NCBI RefSeq assembly: GCF_006345805.1
Contig: NC_042997.1
Location: forward strand, 46,748,001-46,812,000
DNA length: 64,000 bases
Origin: Octopus sinensis
Lineage: Eukaryota
Direction: 5' to 3'
Shown here: positions 53,236-64,000 of the stretch, piece after piece
Numbering within the stretch: position 1 is the stretch's first letter
How the letters are laid out: the number at the start of each line of letters is the position of its first letter
Notes under the pieces: generated by a model
Database searches by the model: none
The model's input: only the letters and a program-made list of their open reading frames with translations
What the model was told of the DNA's origin: nothing
Program-made: the position numbers and the translations under genes

Positions 53236-54623
53236 AGAGGGAAGAAAGCATCCTGCAGATGATTGCGGTTACCATCAAGAGAGACCATAGGTGAACCCGA
53301 CGGTAGTGGGTGTAGATATTTAGGGATTTTGGAGCTGGATGACATTCTACACAGTAAAACGAAAGTCAAGGTCAGCGAGGTATTTCAAAAAAGGGGGAAG
53401 ATGGTGTTGAAATCCAACCTCAATGCCAAAAATTTGATTACGGGAATGAATATCTGGACAGTTACTGAGGTCAAATATAGTGTGTCCATCCTCAAATGGA
53501 CGAAGGGGGAAACATCAACACTGGATAGAAGGACGAGAATGTTGATGCTGCTGCATAGGGTGCTACACCCTAACGCAAACGTAAACAGACTGTATATGAA
53601 AAGAAAGAAAATTGTCAGAGGACTAATTAGTATAGACCATCGTATAAGGAGTGAAAGGAGAACGCTTGTCGAGTATTTGATAATAGTGATTAAGACCTGC
53701 TGCATTATGCCGCGAAAGATATGAGTATAAATGCAGATGAAACGATGAGCAACGAAGAGTATAAACAAAGAGCTGAGGAGAAAAGAAAAGAAAACCTTCT
53801 TGAAATGAGAATGCATGGACAGTTTGAAAGGAATACACAGGACGTTAAGGATAATACAGCATCGTGACTTGAGCGATGTTTTTTGAAGCGTGCCACCAAA
53901 AGCCTGATCATTGCTGCACAAGACCAGGCTCTCGCTACCAATTCGGTGAAGTATAACATCTATAAAACTTCTGACACCCAGAAATGCAGACTCTGTGGAA
54001 AGTGTGAAAATGTAACCCACTTGGTAAGTGGATGTGAGAGGCTTTGCACAAAAAGAATACAAGCGCCGCTACGATAAAGTGTGTGTGTAACTTTGTTGGC
54101 TCTTATGCCGTAAATACCAATATAAAGTAACAGAGAACTGGTATGACAATATAACAAGTAAAGTTTTCCAGGAGGATGGAACAGTAACGATACTCTAGGA
54201 TTATGATTTTCAGACGGATCGTGTAATCGAACACCGTCGGCCGGATATTGTCATAGTGAATAAGAGAGACAAATACTGTCAGATCATTGATGTAGCCATA
54301 CCAAATGACATGATGTTGTGAGTAAAGTGGTTAAAAAAATCACCAAGTACTCTGCATTGAAAGTGGAAGTGGCAAGGCTCTATGGAGTGTAAAAGTGATA
54401 CCAGTGGTGAACGGGGCTCAAGTGAATGGGCTCATTCCCATTGAAACTCCAAGACTTCTTAAAGCAACTGGAAATCCCATCCAAGATAGATGTCTTACAA
54501 AAAGCAACCTTATTGGACATAGCTCACATCTTAAGGGAAGTATCATCTGTCTGAGGTCCTTGTTGTGACTTGACAGATGACTAAAGACTCCGGTGCATTT
54601 TCACCTACACTGTGTTAGAAAGG
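53236..54623 (+). mobile_element. REL-LINE family D4, RT thumb to 3' end, ending in (TAA)n
   Basis: RYLGILE..VLKSNLNAKNLITGMN..LHPNANVNRLY (ORF 53263-53724); MHGQF; SLIIAAQDQAL; CRLCGKCENVTHLVSGC; YDFQTDRVIEHRRPDIV; IIDVAIP. Confidence 0.92.
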
Positions 54624-54639
54624 AATAATAATAATAATA

Positions 54640-55160
54640 ATCTAATTATCAGAAACTGCAAGAGAAGACACACAAGCTTGAGCAGGATATAGGTTGATAA
54701 TCATAATGGGTACGATAAGATACTTCACTCTTGGATAACAAGAACTATGTATGGAGTACTAATAAACATGAGAGGCCTTATATATAACAGTATGAAATGT
54801 TGGAGAACTGAATCGACAGCAGGGATTTAGGTATGAGGAGGGGTGAAATCAAGAGAGGAATTTTTCAGTGAGGAAGTGTATTTCCACTGATATTTGTGTT
54901 GGGAATGATCCCCTTGTGGGAAATATTGCAGATGACAACGTTAGGGTATGATCTGAGAATTGATAAAGGAAAGCTTAATCTTTTGCGATTCATAGATGAT
55001 TTGAATGTTTTCACAAAAATTGAATCAGAACAGGACAGAACTGTGATGATTTTTCTCGAATACCAAGGAGCTTTTTTGAGACATTGCCTGGTGCATGGGC
55101 AGTGGCCCAAACAAACTGGGGAAACTGATATGATCTTGAGATTAAGATATCTAGGACGTG
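54640..55160 (+). mobile_element. Old REL-LINE RT core fragment
   Basis: YDKILHSWI..IKRGIFQ*GSVFPLIFVLGMIPL..KLNLLRFIDDLNVF. Confidence 0.75.
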
Positions 55161-57184
55161 GCAATTAAAAACCAAAATCCATCCCTGTTGCAGGTACCCG
55201 GGGAAATAATTGTTTAGGACAGATATCAAAGAGGTCAGCTGACCTGCTAATGTGAATATCTCTTTGAAAATCAATGAGAAAGAGGAAACTATGGACAACT
55301 GCTATGGGGCTTTCAACTAGCCAGATTATGAATTTTCATGTATACCAATAATAACGGTTGCTCCTGATTTTGTTAGCAAAAGCGTAAATGACAATCAGGA
55401 TAATTTAGGATTTTCAGAAAAGTAACCAAGCTAACACGCGCAGTACAAATATGTTTAGCATAACATTAAAAATATGCAAAATTTTCTCAAATTCAACAAC
55501 TTAGAGCGTTCTTCTTATCTACATTCCAACTATGGAGATTTGTGTCTTTGAAAGAAACTGTATCTTTCCTTACAGAAAGGCTTCAGATAATTTAAAACAA
55601 AAAAGAAAACACAAAAATGCACACACATACACACACAGCACACAACACACACAAATACAAAACCTATGCACATATACACATTTACGTACAAACACTCGTA
55701 TTTAAGGATGATAAATCACATTATATATTTACAGCTATGTAATTTGCACTAAAGCAGTATAATTATTTGGGCGGGGGACAATGTCACTTCTGAGACATCC
55801 TTAAGAAGATCTCTCTCAATTTATATTTCTCTCATTCGTTTTCTGTTTGCCACTCCAGGCAGAATATTACATATCTCACCCTTCCAACACACGTTTTTCT
55901 AACCCTACAGTCTTACACACAATTGTTTCTCATTTGGAACCTTGTACTCAAGAATAACAGATAAATACTTAACACTTTTACTCTCTTTACTTTTACTTTC
56001 CTCTCATTACTCACTCTCTATATGATCACTGATGCCTCCCTGATTCCACACTATCTTTTTAGCATGACAACAACTATAAGAAAATAATTAGTATACGTGA
56101 GTGGACGTATTAAAAACATGATTAAAATAAAAATCGAGAATATATAGACATATATATGCAAACATACATACAAACCTTCACATATGTATGTCTATCTATT
56201 TATCTCTCTTCCTCTCTCCCCACCTCTATCTCTCGATATATAAATATATATATTTATAATAAGTGTAGGTCGTATACGAGTGGGTATATATTTATAAAAA
56301 GAAGTTTGAAAATGCCACCATATAAGATAAATTTTAATTTTCTCAGAAATTTTACATGCTTCGGTTCTTCTTGAAAAATCGAACCTTAGCAAAAATATTT
56401 TAAAAAGTTAAGTGTAATAAAAAAGTTCATAATTGTTTCTTACTGGTCTCAAAAGAATTCACGTGGGGAGTAAGCATAATAACTGTCTTATATGTTCGAA
56501 TAGAACTAAGGTAACGGTCAGTGGCTGAAATGGCAGTATATATATATATACACACACATAGCCGTATTTATAAGGGGGCGAAAGAGGCAATTTCCCCACT
56601 CCAAGTATCGGGACTCCCATTCCCCGGCTGAGCAAGCTTGCCAGATGGCCTTCCTGTATCTTCTGGTTAAGAATATCTATCTGAAGAATTTTTGTTAAAA
56701 AGCACCACATTTTATCTACTATAGCGACACCATTTACCCAATACTAAGGTAGATACTCAGTTATCCCAAACAGCTTTAATAGCGGGGATAAAAGAAGCAG
56801 CAGACGGAGAAAACGTAACTACATAAAACAAAATTACCCCAGAGGAACATTTTCTGAAATATATTCAGTACTTCTATGCATCTGTCTATATAAAGGTATA
56901 AAGATAGATATATACATAGATAGATTTCGTTATTATCCACGCAGGACCGAATACAAAGGGGATAATACAATATAGGACTTTTGTTTTTCGAAATCGATCA
57001 AAAGGGAACGAAGACCTTGCAACGGGGGGGGGGGGGTAAATAAGGAAATAACACAAAAGTCGTTGTTAACAGTTAGAGTTCCCAAAAAGGGGGGGAAATG
57101 TAACATTAACTAGGCATATTCGCGGAAAGAAAAACGTACGTAAAAGAACCACAGTAACCTCGGAAACGAAAAGGAAAATATATA

Positions 57185-57225
57185 GACAGATAGATAGACA
57201 GATAGATAGATAGATAGATAGATAG

Positions 57226-57260
<35 letters not shown>

Positions 57261-57275
57261 CAGATAGATAGACAA

Positions 57276-57340
<65 letters not shown>
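57185..57340. repeat. (GATA)n tetranucleotide repeat
   Basis: Direct inspection. Confidence 0.95.
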
Positions 57341-58399
57341 AGTTGTTTTGACCCTACGTAGACCCGTTAACTTAAGGCTTTTGTACTTGCAATTAAAACA
57401 GACACATGCACGCACACACACACACACAACATAAACACTATCTCAAACATGTACTCGCATATAATATTGCTTCATCCGAAAGTTCATTATTCTGTTCGAC
57501 ATTGAAGTATTTTGGTACGCTGATCATATTTAGGAAAAAAAAGTTAAGACTGTTTAGCTTTTAGAATTTTAATTTTTAATTTACTGATTAAATTATAAAA
57601 TTAGCATTTTTGCGTAACATTAGTCCAAAGATAAAAACAGTTTTTCTTTCTTTTAACTTTGGAATATGACTTTTCCATTTAACCAAATCTTTTTCTTTTC
57701 TTTTTTTTGCTATATTTTTCATCATCGTCAGCCTACCAATTTGTTGTTTTATTTTCATGTTATTTCAGAAAAAAAAATGTTGACTGATAATAGTGATTTA
57801 GTACCTGTTACTCTTACCATTACTACTCTGTACCTTTATTTTACAATTTGTCTATGGCCACCAAGTTTCAGTTATCTCTTTTGAACATTAATAGTTATTT
57901 CAGGCGATGTCTACTACCATAAATTCCTAGTCGTAAGTAGGTTAATTTTCAAAAAATCAAAATGTACGTTAGTAACATCAACCCATCTTAATTGCAATCT
58001 CCCTTCCCTCACAAAATGGTTTGAATATTTACATCTTCAAAAGCCATTTTATGTAGAAAACCGAAAGTAATTATATGCTCGAATGTTGTGATATGGGTAT
58101 TTGAAGTTTAGAGGGAACCATGGAATATACCTTCCTTCTGAAAACTGTCATCTTTCTGAAGTGTTTATGGAGCTTCATCGTTTCCAGGGCCCCATGGATG
58201 TGAAACGTAAATTGGAAGAAAAGTAATTTAATGGGAACGAATTCCTTAATCTGTAATCCTCGACTTGCTTTTAACTTCTTGAACTCTTTTCCGTTAACAT
58301 TTGATTTATTGTGGCTACCGGTCTTCTTATATGCCCCAAACGTAAGAATAACAGAAATATGTGTAAACGGTCTGGCTTAGTATGCCAATGGCTAGACGA

Positions 58400-59680
58400 A
58401 ATGAAGTGGGTTTACAATGGCAGCTATTAGTTTCTGTTTTGGTTTTGAGGCTATTTTCTCTTTGCTGTTATGTAGAAAAAAATACCAATGTACTGGTAAA
58501 AATACACCTCCCATGATATTTCTTCGCTTTGAAGAATAAAAGGTGAGACTTAGAAGCTACTGAAAACTCAGTAACAAATTTCTCTTTTGAGAAACTAGCG
58601 GCGTTCCGAAGTGCATCTGCCAAAAAGAAACAATAAGGAAAATATATCAACTCAAAATATTGAAAATGAAGAATCACCGCACCCTACTGACGTGCAATGT
58701 GAAGTGCCACTTTGTGATTTAGACTGAAAAATAGGTGTGCATGATCTTTCAGCGCCCAGAATCTTCCAGCTATTATGAACTAAATGGTGAAGGCAAAATG
58801 GCTGGACACTGTCCTTATTTTTAAATTCAGTGTTTTGTACTATTTGTGACAATGTTGAGCCACTGTGACGGGTTTGCCAACAAGGATGGCTTTAGAGATT
58901 GGAAAAAGAAAGCAGAGGACAAAATGAAAACACACGGACAACGCAAGGGTAACAAAGATTCTGTGTTGCAGTTCAAAATCTTATGTAGGGAGTTTCTTCG
59001 TGTTAATATGGAGTTGGAAAATCAAGTGCTGGGAAACAGGAAATATTGGACTGACTTATTGCGCTGTGTCTGACATATTGGTTGTGGCATTATTTCTGGC
59101 CTATAGAGGTCTGGCATTCAAATGTAGTGAAGAAACATTAGCATCTAAGCACAATGGGATTGTTTGCAGAATTATGGAACTCACTGCACAATTTGATCCA
59201 TTTCTAATGGTTCACCTGAAAGCATTTGGCCATCCCGGAAGTGGTAAGCAGACATTTGTTACCATCTACGAAGAAACTGTTTTGCTGAATGCAAAATGTG
59301 TGAACCATGTTGTAACAGAACTTAATACTACAAAGTATTTCTCAGTCTCTGTAGATTTTACATCAGATCCGTGCTCATGTTGATCACCTAACAGCTATTG
59401 TTCGTTATGTTGTTTTGGGGAAGCCAATAAAAAAGCTTTTAACTTTCCTGCAGAATGCTTGTCATAGCGCAGACGTATTGGTTACATCCGGATCAGAATT
59501 TTTTAAAAAATATGTTATAAATTTCCAAAAGTGTAGGGGCAGTTCTATGACGACACCAATAATATGTATGATCACTAAACAGGAACGCGAACCAGACTTA
59601 AGGAAGAGAACAGCTATGGTTTTCATTCCTTCAGCTGCTCATTCGTTGAATCTTATTGGACAGGCTTATTTCTTGAGTCT
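58400..59680 (+). pseudogene. hAT-superfamily transposase relic (ZMYM1-like/DUF4371 type), 3'-truncated
   Basis: GFRDWKK (TTF-type Zn-finger region), LFLAYRGLAF...HNG..ELTAQFDPFL..HL, KYFSVSVD (first catalytic D), KCRG, FIPSAAHSLNL (the CxxH motif); frameshifted across ORFs 58846, 59000 and 59415. Confidence 0.88.
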
Positions 59681-59819
59681 ACTACTTATTCTATCGTTCT
59701 CTTTTGCCAAACTGCCATGTTACAGGGACATAAATACACCGGTTGTCAAACGGTGAATGGGGACAAACACAGGCACAAAGTCACACACACATAAATACAC
59801 ACACGCGCCCGCACGCACG

Positions 59820-59850
<31 letters not shown>
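59681..59850 (-). mobile_element. SINE family A internal fragment truncating the hAT relic
   Basis: CTTATTCTATCGTTCTCTTTTGCCAAACTGC...GGTTGTCAA...GGGGACAAACAC followed by (CA)n. Confidence 0.75.
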
Positions 59851-59855
<5 letters not shown>

Positions 59856-60209
59856 CACATATGTTCATTCGTTCTTGTACTTCAGAGATTTTAAGTACGA
59901 GCTTTGATCTGAAGGGCAGGTTTTTCTCTTTCACGACAGTTAAACTCATATCACATTGAGCTGGAACTTTGATTTTGCAAACAAAGTTTTCCGTTGTTTC
60001 ATCATCTTTCTCTCTACAAACGACTGTCACTCCTTCTCAGTTCCACTTTTCATTTGCTTCTCAATATCGATGGTCTACTATAGAATGGCATCAAAGATAC
60101 CTCTCGTAAAGCGGATTTGCTCCATTATCTTTTCGAACAGCAGTGTGATAAAGTGCTGTTCGAAAATAAACCTCTGGTATCTGCTGCTGCTTTCCGTCTC
60201 TCTCTCTCT

Positions 60210-60211
60210 CC

Positions 60212-60303
<92 letters not shown>

Positions 60304-60342
60304 ATATCTATATCTATACATCTATCTATCTATCTATCTATC
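60210..60342. repeat. (ATCT)n tetranucleotide repeat
   Basis: Direct inspection. Confidence 0.95.
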
Positions 60343-61559
60343 ATTCTAGCAAAAGAAACCTTTCAAGTACCTTCTACTTTCACTCGATGAAAAATGAACA
60401 ACTCTCTCTACACTGACCATGAATCGATCCTGAGATTTTCGAAATCATTAACGCTTGCTTGTCTATACTGAGACTTCCTTACCACACCATTTTCGTCACT
60501 CATCACTCCCTATATTGCACTTCAGATTTGATAAAACGCCATTTATAACAATATAAACATACTATATTCTGAAACAGTCGATGAAGATCCAATCGTCCGA
60601 CACATCAAACGATGTTTCCATTAAATTGTTCATCTGAAGGTATACTAACCACCCAGGCCGGATGCTACTTTTCTCCTTAACCTGTTCTTAGATAAATTCC
60701 CTATGCCATGATACACTTCATTCGTGAGACATCAATCCCACATTTTATTATCTGACTGTATCCGTTCCTTGTTCAAAACAATTCTGAGATTATCGAAACC
60801 AGAAAAACTGTTTCCCTTGCCTTCAACATTCTTTACAATATCTTCATATGCCAATATGTAGAATGTTCACCAAATCTCCATTTCAAATGATTTGATATCT
60901 TGCTATCAAATATTCTAATCCATTTTTCTGTTTAATGTGATATGTTTTTTTTTTTTAGGGGTTGTGAAGCGTATTCTGTTTATGTTCTAAGCCCTATTCA
61001 TCAAATACAAACAAGTAAATAATTGATGCAAACTGACATTTTTCAACCGAACAAAGGTAAAATATAAAGAAGAAAATATAGGTCTACAAGATACGAAACA
61101 GGAAAAAAAAAACCTTCTTATGAAAAGCATCCTTAAATTATAAATACAAATAGGCGCTGTACATATATCAGGTTTTGCCTAGGTTAGATATCATGATATT
61201 AATAACAACAGGTACAATGCATCTCCTACGCAATATGCTTTCAATTCGTTACGGCAATGCAGACTCTATACTCTTAACACATGACGTATGGCCTATACAA
61301 TAACCAGCTAATAAAATTACATAATTCGCACAGCACATGGTCTACGCAATAGAAGAAAGAATAAAATACCATCAGAAGCAACAGGATAATTCGCCTAACA
61401 AATCGAAAGCCATATAGCATATTAACGAGTATGTTCTCCCTTCGAATACGTTGTTGCACATTACGGAACCTCAGAGAGGCAATAAACGATGCAATAGGAA
61501 CTTCCATGAAGTAATCTCTTCCCTAATTATTTAATGTGGATTTTACGTTGCCAGAGCTG

Positions 61560-62350
61560 GAGCGTGTGCACTGACATAAGGGAAAGATATCCGTTCGGTG
61601 GACCTGATGGCAGAGGTGCAACGGGCCAACAAAGCCGCCAATTTGGTGTTTGACCGATTGGGAGGTGTGCGTGCTACTCAATTCGAAGCAGATGTGCGTG
61701 GCGGTTCCCGTTTTTATTGCTTTTTTTGTGGCTGTATGTGTTTCCGTTGTTCTTTTTCTTTCTGCTACTCTTGCTACGGTTTCTGTTATTCACACGGTTG
61801 TTGCACCGATGGTGTTGGCAGCAGTTCGGCACTTTTTTTTGCATTCCTTGTTTTGGTTGTGTTGGAAAAAATGTCTATGATGGGCAATTGTTCCACATAC
61901 GTATCATCTGGTTCGTCTGCTCTTTTCAGTTACTCATAGTTTCGTCTCAATCAGCGTGTGGTTGAAGTTTAGGATACTTCCAAAGTGCTCAAATTTTACA
62001 TGTTATCTCTACTCTCCTTTTCAAATAAATGAAAGTAGAGCGAATTCCTAGCTGTAGTGGACGAACGTTGTGCTGAGAGGGCCTTAGTCTTTGTAGGACG
62101 TCGACTCTGTTGAACCGCCTTGCATTAGATATAATTCAGATGCCCTACATTACGTGTGTTCGTGGACCTCTCCAAACACCAGGTGGCTAACTGACGCAGC
62201 GATATAAAACACTCTGTATAGCAGCTGTATTTAGAGTTTCAGGGATGGCAGTGGCGCACATTATAAGCCCTCCTTCCGTCAATCTACTTAAGTCGAATGG
62301 TCTTTCCTAATTTCGCTCGCTTATTTTCTAGGAAGAGGCTAGATACCTCC
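61560..62350 (-). mobile_element. Possible non-LTR ORF1 remnant (gag-like knuckle + Thr/Lys-rich tract)
   Basis: Minus strand R*YVCGTIAHHRH (~61870-61910) resembles a decayed CX2CX4HX4C knuckle, followed by an A/C-rich low-complexity segment; weak. Confidence 0.25.
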
Positions 62351-62543
62351 CTTGTAGAGACTACTTCACTGTTGTAAATCATGCTATTGTTGCTCTTGTT
62401 GTAGCTGTTAGTTATGTGTTGGTTTGTATTCTGCTCGTAATATTACTTTTGTTGTTGTTGCTGTTGTTGCTGTAAGTTGTTGTTAATTTCGTTGCTACTA
62501 CCGTTATTACTTAGTATTATTAACGTGGTGGTTTTTTTCTGCT

Positions 62544-62767
62544 AAGGCGGTGAGCTGGCAGAAACGTTAGCGTAGCCATATTTCGTCTGCCGTTACGTTC
62601 TGAGTTCAAATTCCGCCGAGGTCGACTCTGCCTTTCATACTTTTGGGGTCGATGAAATAAGTGCCTGTTACGCACTGGGGTTAATATAATCGACTTAATC
62701 CATTTGTCTGTCCTTCTTTGTCCCCTCTGCGTTCAGCCCCTTGTGGGTAGTGAAGAAATAGGTATTT
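62544..62767 (+). mobile_element. SINE family C with alternative 3' tail, within degenerate (GTT)n
   Basis: AAGGCGGTGAGCTGGCAGAAACGTTAGC..GAGTTCAAATTCCGCCGAGGTCGACTCTGCCTTTCAT; the tail ...CAGCCCCTTGTGGGTAGTGAAGAAATAGG differs from that of the 14051 copy. Confidence 0.88.
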
Positions 62768-63329
62768 TTCTTGCTGCTAATCTTTATTGTTATAATTTTG
62801 GCGGCGATGGCAATGAACTCTTCTGTCTCATTCCTAATTCTGGGAATTTATTTGTCTGACATGTCAGAGTCCCTGTTGCTACTATTGTTGTTGTTTTATT
62901 TGTTTCTTTTGGTTTCAGTTTGATTGTTATTGCTTTAGTACTCTTCGTTTTGATTGTTGTTGTTTCTTTTGTTTTTGTTGTCGTTTTAGTCGGCACTAGT
63001 TGTGTTGGTGATGACGATTTGCTTTAACACATTGCAAAGCAGCTTCAACACAGCTCCTCCAATCTATTCTTTCGTTCCCATGCATTTTATTTTAAATTTT
63101 AAGATTTGAAATGAACTTCAGTATAACTTAGTAACAGTACAAAGAAGTTGAGCAGCTCCTCAGAATCTATGAATCTTTCCATAACGCAAAGAGGGAAACT
63201 TTTGAAATAGATCTTTCAAAAGTAGTTAAAATAAAGCAAACTTTACGAGCGACTTGAACGAAGTGTTGCTATGACTATAATAAAAATCATAATACTTTCA
63301 GCTATAAGCACAAGTCCTGAAATATTGAG

Positions 63330-63490
63330 GAGGCACAAAATCGACTTCATCGACCCTAGTCCTCAGCTAGTATATATTTCATTGACTCCTAGAGGAGGAA
63401 AGGCAAAGCCATTTCAACGGAATTTGAACTAAAAAAGTAAAGTTGCTAAGCATTTGTCAGCTGTGGCTAAAGATTCTGCCGGGTACTTGC
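63330..63490 (-). mobile_element. SINE family C, old copy
   Basis: GAAAGGCAAAG..GGAATTTGAACT..GCTAAGCATTT..GATTCTGCC in family C order. Confidence 0.65.
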
Positions 63491-63539
<49 letters not shown>

Positions 63540-63589
63540 CTGATGATGATGATAATGATGATTACGAAAAAATACATTCCCTTAAAATT

Positions 63590-63798
63590 TGAAATTAGAA
63601 GGATTTTGTGCATGATCGTATCTATAATAATTGGTTCATTGGGAACAGTAAGCAAAAATATAGAGAGATTGGAATAGATTGCCCAGTAGAGCTCCTAAAG
63701 AGAGTTTGTGTCTTAGGGACAGCAAGGATTATCAGGTGGGTTGTAAGCACTTGAAATTTAGTTGAAAACTTGCGGCTACCTAAGGTTACAGAAGAAGA
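63590..63798 (+). mobile_element. REL-LINE 3' end terminating in (GAA)n
   Basis: SIIIGSLGTVSKN...ELL.RVCVLGTARIIRWV, then a short UTR running into (GAA)n. Confidence 0.65.
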
Positions 63799-64000
63799 AA
63801 ATGAAGAAGAAGAAAGAAGAAGAAGAAGAAGAAGAAGAAGAGAAGAAGAAGAAGAAGAAAAGAAGAAGAAGAAGAAGAAGAAGAAGAAGCAAAGAAGAAG
63901 AAGAAGAGAGAAGAAGAAGAGAAGAAGAAGAAGAAGAAGAAGAAGAAGGAGAAGAAGAAGAAGAAGAAGAAGAAGAAGAAGAAGAAGAAGAAGAAGAAGA
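63799..64000. repeat. (GAA)n microsatellite to window end
   Basis: Direct inspection. Confidence 0.97.

Noticed and set aside
59746-60030. Protein-like minus ORF VVCREKDDETTENFVCKIKVP...
   Set aside because: No recognisable domain or splice signals, starts at a non-ATG codon and runs into a SINE microsatellite.
60360-60900. Possible minus-strand LINE RT remnant
   Set aside because: Only vague motif resemblance; I could not read a convincing catalytic motif.

Overview
AT-rich eukaryotic non-coding DNA made almost entirely of microsatellites and transposable-element debris. The repeat repertoire (tRNA-derived SINEs, (TA)n/(TAA)n/(CAT)n tracts) is most consistent with an octopod cephalopod such as Octopus; this is an inference from recognised repeat sequences, not a database result. 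No host gene, tRNA/rRNA gene or CRISPR array is supported, and most listed ORFs are microsatellite read-throughs. Supported content: three tRNA-SINE families, three mariner remnants, an RTE LINE, a Tx1/L1 3' fragment, a Penelope-like element (RT + GIY-YIG), a hAT transposase relic, Helitron-like and MITE/fold-back elements, and a dozen or more fragments of R4/Dong-like REL-endonuclease retrotransposons, many stacked inside (TAA)n tracts at 32-34, 38-41 and 49-55 kb. The most unusual items are: (1) a ~545-bp non-coding TG...CA element present three times and only within (TAA)n; (2) a multi-family, same-polarity REL-LINE community with two ~98% identical copies sharing one frameshift; (3) a perfect 58-bp inverted copy 1.66 kb from its twin; (4) a near-perfect 226-bp palindrome carrying half a hammerhead-like motif; (5) a mariner built from two 5' ends. 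All alignments and identities were judged by eye.
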